This document shows positions 26,947-38,563 of a DNA stretch of 64,000 bases, piece after piece; position 1 is the first letter of the stretch; each line of letters begins with the position of its first letter. The notes below the pieces were generated by a model. It did not search any database, had not been told where the DNA came from, and saw only the letters and a list, made by a program, of their open reading frames with translations. Made by a program: the position numbers and the translations under genes. Source of the DNA: Setoptus koraiensis (lineage: Eukaryota > Animalia > Arthropoda); assembly GCA_048013815.1 (NCBI GenBank), contig CM106585.1, positions 12,400,001 to 12,464,000 of the forward strand. Direction: 5' to 3'.

Positions 26947-27950
26947 ATGCAAACAATGCCAACAACAACAACAAGCCCAAACGGAATCCGTTTTGTTCGC
27001 GCTGCCGCAATCATGGCAAAAGTGCCCAAGTTAAAGGCCATAAACGACATTGCGAATATAGGGAATGCCAATGTGAGGGCTGTAAACTTGTTGAATGTAG
27101 ACAAATTGTTTCGGCGGCGCAAATAAAACGCAGACGCTATCAAAAACAAGACGAAGAATGTGGCAGGCAGATTGAGATATCGCCACCAAAGTTCACTAGG
27201 GATCACAATGATTCAGCAACATTGTTTGCCAACAGACTTATGAGCACCGCTAAACAACATCTACAAATGGCCTCTTCGGTTATGGGGGGTCCCATGTCTG
27301 CTGCTGCCGCTGCTGCTTTTTCCGCAAACCAAACAATCCCGCCGACAATGTCATCGTTAGCACCATCAATGTTAAATCATCAAAGCGCTTTGCAACATCA
27401 GCATCACCATCATAGGCAACATCTCCATCAACAGCAACACCCGCAACAACAAATACATCACCATCAGCAACAACAGCAACACAGTAGTAATATTGGCAAT
27501 CACGCCGATACTATTAATAGTAGTAGTAATCATCATCATCACCAACAACATCAACAACACCAGTTACTTATTGCGAGCACTCTAAGTGCCAGAACTACTT
27601 CTCAGCAACAACAACAGCCACCCCCGCCGCCGCCGCCACCACCAACACAACAACAGCATCAGCCACTTAGGTCACCATCTATTGCCGAACAGATCGAGCT
27701 AGTGGAAGATCTACAGCCGTTCGGTTCGTTGGCCATCTTTGCCTGGCTTAAAAGTGAAAATTTCGATCTTATTAAGTTGCGCAAAATGATTGATTCCTCT
27801 AGGTCATCATTCAACGATTTATTGAAATATAAACAAATGTCCCTAGCGACAATAAACGCTCTGCCTGTAACACAGACCCTAATTTGGCCTGATATAAATG
27901 CTGCTCATCATCATTTGAGGCAGACAACTCATCACCATAACATATTATGA
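26823..27950 (+). CDS. dsx: Doublesex-like DM-domain transcription factor, copy 2, with putative dsx dimerisation (OD2)-like C-terminal domain
   Basis: DM domain identical in protein to copy 1. C-terminal amphipathic segment SIAEQIELVEDLQPFGSLAIFAWLKSENFDLIKLRKMIDSS resembles the dsx OD2 pattern (by-eye similarity). ATG at 26823. Confidence 0.8.
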
Positions 27951-27959
27951 ATATGACCT

Positions 27960-30900
27960 CTATGAATTAACAACATAATTTTGTACATGTTTATCAGCTT
28001 GCGCGTAAGACGTTGCAAAGTTGAATTTTGGACGTATAGTTGTGATCGTGTCTTTAAACAAATATTCAATTGACACAGGAAATTGATTGTCACTCATGGC
28101 CATACAATATGGATGTAATGTATAAATGTAACGCTTACACCAGAAGTAGCGTTGAAAAAATAATAAATAATAATCCAATTTCCTTTTATCTTGTCCCGAA
28201 CTCAAGTACTGTCCACAACTCTCCAAAAGATCACAAATTAACTTGATTCTGAAAAGATTATCCGGTGGATCAATTTCAGACAACTGTATGTGCACTAAAG
28301 TGCTTCCGGGTTGAGGATAGTAAATTCCATACGTGATTAGTGAATAGAGAATCTTGAATATCAATGATGACTCTGACAACTTGTAATTGTATAACTCTCC
28401 TAAAAATCGTATCATGGGTATGCGACGTTGATTGAAGTTAGCTTGATTGATTTCCATCATGAGCAATATGTCCTCAACAACACCGTCTATAACCAGAGTT
28501 GAGACCCAATTATTATATCTATTGAATGCGGCCAATAAAGCAGCAACATACCTGATATTGTAAAATTTTACATTGTACACTTCTATCAAGCACTTGATGG
28601 TGAACTTGGCTATCTCAGGGTCTTGCCAATCCAACTTTCTTAGTTGTGTCAAGACTTTGTCTATGGTAGACCTGCTAAGACAATCATACAAGAGATACTT
28701 GATATAGGCTTGCGTTGGAGGAATTTCGACAGTTTGAGCTACCACTTCTGGAGGTTTTGAAAAGTAATAGGCATTCTCAATCATGGTAATATACTTCGAA
28801 TCAACTGAAAGTAATAACTTCTTTCTCATCATCTGTTCAAGCAACAATTTTATCTTGTAGTGAGATTCTTGCGATCTATATAGTAACCTTCCACACGTCT
28901 CTAGTAGATTGCAACACATCTCTATGTGGTGGTGAGTGAAGTCGGACAATAGTATTTTGAGACAAGTTAATGCCTCTTGTTTGGAGAATAAACCGAACTT
29001 GACAAGCTCACCTATGAATCTAACATTTTTTACTTTGCTCTCAATGTTAATTTGATCCTTTTTTCGAAAAAGCATCCTAAAGTCTTGTTTGAGCATAACG
29101 ACTAACTCCGGAGCCATACTAGGAACAACAGGATGAATGGTGGCAATCAGCCTAGCGTAGAATGGTAGCAGATCAAGACGGGTTCTCTGCACTGAGAATA
29201 AGGTCTTAACAAGTTTCTTCCTCCCAAATTTAGTATTGAAGTATCTCACGAAATCCACCGCTGCTTTATCAATCATGTCTCTATTAACGCAGTTAGCTAG
29301 TTTAGAAAAGTATGAATCTGATGTCATCCGGCCTTTCTGATCAGAGGAGGAAATGAGATATTGGGCTAGAGCCGCGTTAGCTGTTTCATCGCCCTCTGTT
29401 GAGTTTTCCATGGTGTCACCGGATGTAGTAATGTGCGACTTCATGTGTATGTCATTTGTTTCATCGTCAGCATAATCCATGAGAGACTGATCCTCCTCTC
29501 CAAAGCGATCTAAAGTCTCCAAATCGATTGGAGAACGGTCGCCTTGCTCTGATTTGGTCTCTTCATCCTCGTTTGTGTCACTTGCAATTTCTTCGTTTGT
29601 ATCATTGGAACTCTTGCTAAATATCTTTTGAATATCGTTTGGACTCAACGATTGTTTTTGCTCTTCAGTAGTATCCATGTTGACTTCCATTTGACCATTA
29701 ATTTCAGGCGAATTCGAATCAGTGGCCATCTGCACGTTCTGAGATTCCTTTTGACTTTTTTCATCCTTGGAACTTAGTGTTTCTTTCAGATTTGAACTAG
29801 AAATCTTATTCACCAAGTGCGGAAAGATCGATTTCAGATCTAGTAAGTTTTCGTAGAAATTTCTAGCATCATCATCCTCCCATATGGATAAAAGATTTGG
29901 ATCTGAACCAGAGTGAAACAACTCAGTCGATGTAGAATCTTCTTCGTTGGCGTTCTCCTTAGAAGAATCTAGCACAGGTAAATTAGGCAAGCTCTCATCC
30001 AATATATCGCTCAATTGTTGAACTATGTTGTACGATTTTTGACATTCTATTTGCTTTGCTTCAAACCTTTCCTTTCTTTCCCGGGACAGCTCACCTTTTG
30101 TATTGATGACTCTCTTGTTCTGTAGGTCCAATTGATTTAATTCCTCATGCAGATTAATTGTGTGATTGCAGAATATATTATAATAATCCTTCAGGCATGA
30201 TCTCAGAGCACGTTGTTTCTCTACTGGAAGAAAATCACTTTGTGGAATGTTGCAACCATGTTTTTCAGCCAATAAACGCATCTTACTAGAAACCAATCCA
30301 GCGTAATCATCACCACAGGATCGACAGAAAGACAATATTGCACTGGCGTTTTGATAACTGTTTTTGTCATGAATAGTTAAGTAGGTAAGCAAATTACTTA
30401 AAACATTCAAGCTATCCTTAGGACTAAAAATACCACTCGATATCAATTCAGCAAATAGCCTAAGATCAACACGCATCTTCGAAGGGTTGAATATTGTATC
30501 GCTTGGCTGGTTGCACAATATTCCTGTAGAGGCCAACGATGCTTGGTTAGTGGAGCTATGGTTTGTAGAGGAGCTGTTGTTGGTAGGGGATGTTGAAGTA
30601 GACATATACAACATGCAACCTGATGTAGATTGCAATGGAATGTTTGACGTATTGTTAGAATCGTACGTAGTTTGCTTCTTGATTGAAGGGAAATATTTGA
30701 TCCATTGACTAAGCAGTTGCTTACTGAATTGAGGATAACGTTGATGCAATCGCGAACAAATATCAATGACGGTATGTACATCGCTGAGTTTCAATTTGGC
30801 TTCCACAATCGAAGAAGCAATCTCGGATATAAACTTAGTAAGGTTCAAGCTATTGATATCCTTGATGAGCTGATCCCTTTGATTCTCCGTCATGTTTTTA

Positions 30901-31076
30901 ATTTTCCTGACGAAAGTTGAATTCTTCTTGATTGAAGAGTCGAGTGTAGCGAAGAAACTCTCGTCTGGATAGGTGATATTTTCTTTCGCATTTTGTTCGC
31001 GTTGCTTCAACTTCAGAGAAAGCCTTTCTTCAGTTTCTCTTATAAATAGATGGATGGTCTCTACTTCTTGTTCCAT
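27960..31076 (-). CDS. UPF2: Regulator of nonsense transcripts 2, intronless ORF with three MIF4G domains, ending immediately after MIF4G-3
   Basis: LDSSIKKNSTFVRKIK, LNLTKFISE, KMRVDLRLFAEL, IWEDDDARNFYENL, RTRLDLLPFYARL, HHHIEMCCNLLETCGR, FLGELYNY, FRIKLICDLLESCG. Confidence 0.93.
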   Translation of the reverse strand: MEQEVETIHLFIRETEERLSLKLKQREQNAKENITYPDESFFATLDSSIKKNSTFVRKIKNMTENQRDQLIKDINSLNLTKFISEIASSIVEAKLKLSDVHTVIDICSRLHQRYPQFSKQLLSQWIKYFPSIKKQTTYDSNNTSNIPLQSTSGCMLYMSTSTSPTNNSSSTNHSSTNQASLASTGILCNQPSDTIFNPSKMRVDLRLFAELISSGIFSPKDSLNVLSNLLTYLTIHDKNSYQNASAILSFCRSCGDDYAGLVSSKMRLLAEKHGCNIPQSDFLPVEKQRALRSCLKDYYNIFCNHTINLHEELNQLDLQNKRVINTKGELSRERKERFEAKQIECQKSYNIVQQLSDILDESLPNLPVLDSSKENANEEDSTSTELFHSGSDPNLLSIWEDDDARNFYENLLDLKSIFPHLVNKISSSNLKETLSSKDEKSQKESQNVQMATDSNSPEINGQMEVNMDTTEEQKQSLSPNDIQKIFSKSSNDTNEEIASDTNEDEETKSEQGDRSPIDLETLDRFGEEDQSLMDYADDETNDIHMKSHITTSGDTMENSTEGDETANAALAQYLISSSDQKGRMTSDSYFSKLANCVNRDMIDKAAVDFVRYFNTKFGRKKLVKTLFSVQRTRLDLLPFYARLIATIHPVVPSMAPELVVMLKQDFRMLFRKKDQINIESKVKNVRFIGELVKFGLFSKQEALTCLKILLSDFTHHHIEMCCNLLETCGRLLYRSQESHYKIKLLLEQMMRKKLLLSVDSKYITMIENAYYFSKPPEVVAQTVEIPPTQAYIKYLLYDCLSRSTIDKVLTQLRKLDWQDPEIAKFTIKCLIEVYNVKFYNIRYVAALLAAFNRYNNWVSTLVIDGVVEDILLMMEINQANFNQRRIPMIRFLGELYNYKLSESSLIFKILYSLITYGIYYPQPGSTLVHIQLSEIDPPDNLFRIKLICDLLESCGQYLSSGQDKRKLDYYLLFFQRYFWCKRYIYTLHPYCMAMSDNQFPVSIEYLFKDTITTIRPKFNFATSYAQADKHVQNYVVNS

Positions 31077-31406
31077 GCTGGGAATTTCGAATCAGTAAAT
31101 CATTTTGTTTGTAAAGAGCAAGAGATATGAGTTCAATTTCAAAGTGATCGGAGGATTAAGAAATATCAAAATCACAAATAGATTAAAAACACATGACCCA
31201 GAGCTAGCTTCTGTGGCGCGAGATTTTGAAAGAAACGGTATTTTAAATACCGTGTTTGTAGCATCTGAATTACAACTCTCAAGCCTTTATTATGCTGGAA
31301 TAATAGATGAAGGAATATTTTTTTAGTAATTACCCTATCGACTACAAATGGAGATGAACAGACAACAAAAAAAGATGGATGAAAATTTTACCTATAAAAT
31401 CTAGAT

Positions 31407-32336
<930 letters not shown>

Positions 32337-32449
32337 TCAATGATTCGACAATATTTGTTTCAATATATAACGTCAAGTAAATCCTCACGTGATGTGAAAA
32401 AGATATCCAACCAACTCATACGCATATTGATTTGTTTGCTCATGTTTAG

Positions 32450-33430
32450 ATGACTATAGCAAACTCACTCAAACTATTATTTCTTGGGTCCGATGATTTC
32501 TCATTGCCCACACTGAAGACATTGATCAGGACATCTCAACACAAAATTGATGTGGTTACAAAGCCTGGCACTCTCATAGATTTCTGGGCCAAGCAACAAA
32601 ATCTCAACGTTAAACACTGGCCAGTAGAAAGAAAACAATATGATTTAGGATTAGTTATATCTTTTGGACATTTGATAGACGAAGACACGATAAAGCTATG
32701 CAAAGAAGGAATATTCAATGTTCATCCCAGTCTGCTGCCGCGCTGGAGAGGTTCTACACCTATCGAAAGAGCCATACAGTATGGCGATGAGCAAACTGGA
32801 GTCACATTGATGAAGATAAAACCTCACAAATTCGATGTCGGTGAAATATTGATGCAGAAAGCGATCGATATAAAGAGGAGAGAAACAAGAAAAGAACTAT
32901 TAGTCCGTTTAGCTGCACTTGCTTCGGAGATGACAGGGAATTTCTTAAAAGACCCTTACCATTATATTGATCAGGCGGTACCTCAACCGGAGAGAGGCAA
33001 AACTTTTGCCAAGAAACTAACGGCACAGTGTGGGAGGCTCGATTTTCACTTATGTGATTCATATGAAATTGATCGTAAAGTTCGCGCACTATCTTTTACT
33101 ATAGACACTTATACTAATTGGATTGATGGGAGACGATTGTGTCTCATGAATAGTTTAGATCCTGAAATCGTAAATAGTCTACAACTTGATACATTGATAA
33201 GAAAGACAGACCTTAGATTTTCCAATTATAGTGATGAAGATCTTCCGCCTGGATTTGTATATTTCCACAAGATCCGTGAGATACTTTGTGTAAGATGTGC
33301 AAATCAAACTTGGTCTGCCTTCAAGCATGTCTCTTTGAAGTCCAAGAGAACCATGACTGCTACAGAATTCTATAACGGCTATCTTCATAGAGGTTACAGA
33401 GAAGGAATGCCTATACTCAAGACTTTGTAG
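32450..33430 (+). CDS. MTFMT: Mitochondrial methionyl-tRNA formyltransferase
   Basis: LFLGSDDFS, VISFGHLI, NVHPSLLPRWRGSTPIERAI, TGVTLMKI, FDVGEIL. A short upstream exon from ATG 32340 (MIRQYLFQYITSSKSSRD; donor 32394, acceptor 32449) could supply a presequence. Confidence 0.92.
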   Translation: MTIANSLKLLFLGSDDFSLPTLKTLIRTSQHKIDVVTKPGTLIDFWAKQQNLNVKHWPVERKQYDLGLVISFGHLIDEDTIKLCKEGIFNVHPSLLPRWRGSTPIERAIQYGDEQTGVTLMKIKPHKFDVGEILMQKAIDIKRRETRKELLVRLAALASEMTGNFLKDPYHYIDQAVPQPERGKTFAKKLTAQCGRLDFHLCDSYEIDRKVRALSFTIDTYTNWIDGRRLCLMNSLDPEIVNSLQLDTLIRKTDLRFSNYSDEDLPPGFVYFHKIREILCVRCANQTWSAFKHVSLKSKRTMTATEFYNGYLHRGYREGMPILKTL

Positions 33431-33671
33431 GCAGTATCGATTGACTATTTCAAGGAACACCGGAATATCGACAAATTTTCAAAGAAACAAAAAGCAGTCG
33501 TTTTCTCTCTCTCATAGTCTCTCTGGCTTAACCAACGTGTACCTATATTTTTTTATTTAACCAAACCAATTATTTTACCATATTCCCCCCCCCCCTTGAT
33601 CATGCCTGTAATTAATTCTTGTCGCCCGACATAGACAAGACTCACAAGTATCTTTGAAGTCTGACCTCTGA

Positions 33672-35279
33672 TCAAGACCATAGATGACAATTCAATTCGG
33701 GATTCATAGCTGAATTTACATTACAATTGAAAACCTTGTTGAATCCCGGTAAGCCTGCGAAGGCACCATTCACTCTGTACCTAGGAATGGAATATTTATC
33801 GGTTTTGATTTTTTGTTTGAGATTACTTGTTGGGACTAACGCGCATTCGGTTTGCGCTGCTGCTATCCAAAAGAGTTCTTCAGGCTTCAATTCTTCCAAG
33901 CCAATCAGTTTCATTCTGTCAATTTCATCTTTATCACTCGATCTGTAGGCTCGAAATGCTGCCTGAACACCACCTATGTCGCACATATTCTCATCCAGCG
34001 TCCTACTTCCGTTGAGATTGAGCTGAGTCTGAGTATCTCTATACTTACTAAACTGTTCCGAAACGCATCCAGTTCTCATTTTATATTGTTCGAGAGTTTT
34101 TTGATCCCAATCTTCAGATATGTTCCTATGTTGACTAGTGTCGAACATATGAAAAAGTTCATGCCCGTAGAAGCTCCCGCTTGCGCCATAGTTCAGATAA
34201 CTCGGCACAGATTCATTGAAGTAAATACCTCGCATAAATCCTTCGCTCACAAACACTGCATGCTGCACGTCATTGTATTCCATTTCCGTCAATATTCTTT
34301 TGTTATATAAAACAACTTCTTCGTCTAAATCTGCGTCTCTGATCTGCGTTTTTCTGGTCATTTCATTCAAGTTACTAATGTAGTCATCAGCGCTCTCCTC
34401 GAGGTCCATGCTTCCATAAATTCGTTGCAGCTTACGAATATCCAGGAATTTGTCCGGAATCATCCCGAACTGTCTCACTGATTGTAGACGATCTTTCGCT
34501 AGAACCTTTGCTTCAGCACTCATCCATACTAACTCGTCTATCATTTGAACTGCAGCACGTTTGACTGACTTAAACATTATATCGACCCCGTCGTAATAAG
34601 TATCCTTTGTATCGTTACTGGCATATACTTCGAAGTATCGGCTCAACAACGGACCGAAGTTGTAGTGGTTCGTTTCTTTTTCTAGTTTCATCTTCATTCT
34701 CTCTTTACAAACTTCTTCGGCGTCTTCTTCTTTTTTTTCTTTTTTTTTGATCTCTGAACAACATTGAATCAGTATTAGATGAAATTAGACGGAATTCTGC
34801 CTTATCCAATCAATCGAAGCCACATATTCATTTTATACTCACCATAATTTTTACAACTTTTGAAAAAAGCTCCAAACTTCTGTCTGAGAGAATCAATATC
34901 GTCAAGTTCTTCCGTTGCTTTCCTGAGGGTTTTTAGCAGAATCTCCTCGACTTCATCCTGGTTTTCATGGTATTGATCGAAGTGTGTGGTTCCGTCCCAT
35001 TTTTTTATTCCTCCCTTGTAGCGCCCGCAAGAGTACTATGTTCGAGCAGAAGAAAGAAATCTATTTGTTAGACGCATGATCAGTCAACGAGTCGCGATGA
35101 TCATCTTATAAATTAGGGCTTATTACCTCATAAAAGTCCGTGCAAGGGTCAATTGCTGGGTTCATATTCTCTTTTATCCTTTCAGCCGCTAGGAAGCAGG
35201 CTTCGGTCGTGCAAATTTGAGTCGCACTTTGTACATAGCTTAAAAAGTGTGCAAGAAAGAATACTGCTATAAATCTCAT
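33672..35279 (-). CDS. Secreted M13 (neprilysin-like) metallopeptidase, ~475 aa, 3 exons (35279-35127, 35035-34843, 34753-33672)
   Basis: Signal peptide MRFIAVFFLAHFLSYVQS, CTTEAC...DPCTDFYE/YSCG joined in frame across GT-AG introns, NYGASGSFYGHELFH (HExxH), ENMCDIGG, RYRVNG. Confidence 0.88.
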
Positions 35280-36443
35280 TGTGATGTTTGAAGATCGGGG
35301 CCTCATTTCAGCCCAACCAATCAATATTTCTGCGTAGGTAGACTCTATCAAGTTCTTATTGTTTTCTCTGGTTAGAAGTATGACTGATCAATGAATAATC
35401 GAATCCATTAATTTATAGTTCACTTACGCAAGACGAGGCTCGATTCAGAGGCTCTGCGAGAAATCCACTTATGAGTTGTTACTATCTTATTAGTTGAGCA
35501 ACAATGTTATTATTCAGCACCCTCCACCTCATCCTGAAACTAACGAGTTTTTTCTCCTCCAAGGACATTGCGAAAACTGTGAAAAAAATATTACGAGTAT
35601 CGATAGCAGCACAATTATGATTGTTATTATTATGTAAGACTAGGATAGATTCCTCAGCTCCGCGACAGACTCGTTTGAGAACTGAGACTTATCATTACAC
35701 GAGGGACGAGATCTGCGTTAAACCGGAACCTTCTATCGTTATGTACGCTATAAATTCACTCGGAGCGCTTTATATCGAGAATAAGGAGGTATTGTATCGG
35801 TGAGCATTAAGTATTCTACCAAAACAAGTTGAGTGACGAATCCCATCGCAAGGTAAGAAGCAGTTTGAAAAAAAAAAGTCTTCAAGGTAGGTAAGCAAGA
35901 CCGACAAACCTAAACCTGTCTTTTCACGTGATATGGCCCTCAATCCATGTAGAGTTCGTGTCCAACTGCAAGAACAGAGAAGACGCAATCGGCATATGAC
36001 ATTCAAATGCAAATGACGCACCGGATTTAATGTAGACGGAGGGATGGAAGTTTTCTCTTGGGTAGCTTGATAAATGTGCACTCATTAGTATGTCAGAACG
36101 AAGGTTACAAACACTTGCAACAGGACAAAATGAGACGCTTCAAGTGAATCCAATTATCACTTGCGTGCAACAATAAAAACATGACAAGCAACATCAGCTT
36201 TTCTAACGTCTCACTGAGCTTCTCTAGAATCAATTGTGATGGAAGATATAGAAATGATTGGATGAAAACACTTGGAACCGAGAACCGGATTGGATGGTGT
36301 AAAAATCACTTAACTTGAACATTCTTTCAAACGTTCGAGTAATGATTTAGAAATGTGGACTGGCATCGAATTGATCTGTTGCTGTAATACTCATGCCTAG
36401 GATAGATTTGTGTATATATAGAGTTTCAAAGGCTTCAGCCAAG

Positions 36444-37553
36444 ATGCCAGGCAGCAAGAGCAAATTGGCCAGTCTCAACACCTTAGGATTGGTGATGCAC
36501 AACAATGATAAATTAGCTCAAGCTGTAGAGCAAAGAGGTGGCGAAAAGAGGCACACAGTTCAACTGGTAGATAACCAGATATATCAATTTGGCCGAGATT
36601 CCAATAGAGCCTCGTCCTCTAAAAACGTTGATGTAGAGGACACTTTGAGCCCCTTGATTCTGGACATGACTTTCCATACTCCATATTTCAACTACGCCAT
36701 AATTGACGCTTGCATTATGCCCTCTTCCAATATTGTCAAATATAGATCGATTAGCGTATGCTTAACCCTGTTGAGATCTCGAATTCCTGCACCCAATGCC
36801 ACAACAATTGCCAAAATGCAACAAAGTAAACAGGATACTCTGGAAATTTGGGATAGAATTAATGGAGTGTATGACAAAAAGATAATTTACCCATGTCTCA
36901 AATTGGATAAATTTGGCTCTCTAGAACATCTGAATATCTATGCATTGATTGGTATGGATCAAGGTTTGAAAAAATCATTGCTCCTGGAGACATTTCACTC
37001 GTCCCTGGATGAACTAAACCTATTGATTGACTCATTCCGTCAGATAATGTCACCGGAACTGTCTAGACAGGCTGGCCTAATAATGATGTTAGTGAGATAT
37101 ACCGGCGTTGAAACGTGTCTCAAGCCAAAGCCACAATTTGTGGAGGCAATCTTTATGACATTCATCTATTACGGTTTTGTGAACAAAGATGAAAAACTAA
37201 AACAGACACTAGATGAGGGCTCCTCGAAAAAAATTTGCGATCAAATCGGTCCATTAGCTGTAAGATTTAAAACTTCGCAGAGTCCAATGGAACAGATATA
37301 TCGCAGAATAATGCACTTCATAAGCCAATTACAATCATCAATAGTATCTTACGAATGCTTGAACACTTTACTTGACAGTCCACTCAGCATGCTCAAGTTG
37401 GAACAGTATATGAACTGTGTACTTGTTTTTAACTTGACCAAATGTTTACGTTTGGAAAAGCTGAAGATAGAAACAATCCTGGGCGAGCCCAATTACACTT
37501 GTTTACTGGATTGCTGTAATTTGATTAAGACCTTAGTTGATGTTGAACAATAA
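36444..37553 (+). CDS. Asteroid (ASTE1)-like C-terminal half fused to a ~65-aa N-terminal module, no PIN nuclease domain visible
   Basis: HFISQLQSSI...LNTLLDSPL...VLVFNL resembles the recalled asteroid C-terminal motif (H..CQWQSCL...LNQLLSTPL). The N-terminal module is duplicated at 42920. Confidence 0.6.
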   Translation: MPGSKSKLASLNTLGLVMHNNDKLAQAVEQRGGEKRHTVQLVDNQIYQFGRDSNRASSSKNVDVEDTLSPLILDMTFHTPYFNYAIIDACIMPSSNIVKYRSISVCLTLLRSRIPAPNATTIAKMQQSKQDTLEIWDRINGVYDKKIIYPCLKLDKFGSLEHLNIYALIGMDQGLKKSLLLETFHSSLDELNLLIDSFRQIMSPELSRQAGLIMMLVRYTGVETCLKPKPQFVEAIFMTFIYYGFVNKDEKLKQTLDEGSSKKICDQIGPLAVRFKTSQSPMEQIYRRIMHFISQLQSSIVSYECLNTLLDSPLSMLKLEQYMNCVLVFNLTKCLRLEKLKIETILGEPNYTCLLDCCNLIKTLVDVEQ

Positions 37554-38256
37554 AGTCATTATTCAACGCCTGTCTAGATTGTTCAAAACTGCTTGAAAAT
37601 CAAAAACCGACGCTTCACAAACCATCAAGATGAGCGCTCGGCCAAAGCACTTCAATGTTAGTATTATTATACGACAATGATTCATAAACAAAAGATTAAC
37701 AATAATCTATAAACAATATCGTAAAAATGTCAAAATTTAATCTGTCTACTAATGTTTGTGGCCGTCGTTCCAATATCTGCTTCTCTGTTCTAGCTGGGCA
37801 ACTTGATGCGAAACGCATCTGGCAACTCGACGGGCTTACGATTATACACTGTGAAAATCAGTATCAATCTATCGCAATCTTGTTAGAGACAAACTTGTTG
37901 CTTGAGCGCAGTCCATTCATCCTAACCGAAACTTCTATTGCCGGCACTCAACAGAAGTTAGTTCAACAGAATTTTACTTGTTTACCAATACTCACATAGA
38001 TATGAGGATATCTGAGATTTCGCCTCTTCTACATTCAGCTGATATAACAAGTATGTGTTCAAGAGTGTACAGGTTGCCCTCTGGTTTCAATACAAGATCG
38101 TAGTGTGATCCATCCTGTCGAGTCAGATTCACAGTTCAACTCTGTTGACTTGTATTTCGAATAATTTATTTCCACCCGAAGGGTCGTGATTCGGAGCTCA
38201 TATTGGAACTCTGCAGTCTCTTCTGTTCTGAATAAATCTAACTCAAATTCAACAAG

Positions 38257-38563
38257 ATGGATAAATCAGATGACAAATGGAGGGAGACGTTAACACCAGA
38301 GGAGAAATACAAGTTATTGTTAGATGCATCTAAAAAATAGCCAGCCACATCGGCCAATATCGATATCAATGTGAAACCTCCTTGGTTTGATCAGGAGCGC
38401 TACGAGAGGGCTCAAGTTCTGGTGAGTGAAGTCTACTACCCAAGTATGTCACTATCCTCGTTCACAGGATTACTTATTACAATGCAAACACCTGAAATAT
38501 TGGAGGCACTGTTGAGGACAGGCAAATCTCGGACTGTTCCCGATCTATTACATCGTTATGCGG
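38257..38563 (+). pseudogene. N-terminal fragment of an MpaB/rubber-oxygenase-like (DUF2236-type) arthropod protein, with an in-frame TAG and cut by the gap
   Basis: ATG 38257 in frame with KPPWFDQERYERAQ...GLL...LLRTGKSRT...HRY. TAG at 38338-38340. Sequence runs into Ns at 38564. Confidence 0.5.

Noticed and set aside
37700-38230. Possible spliced minus-strand gene remnant between the asteroid-like ORF and the gap
   Set aside because: Splice-like signals exist, but the frames are interrupted and no homology was recognisable.
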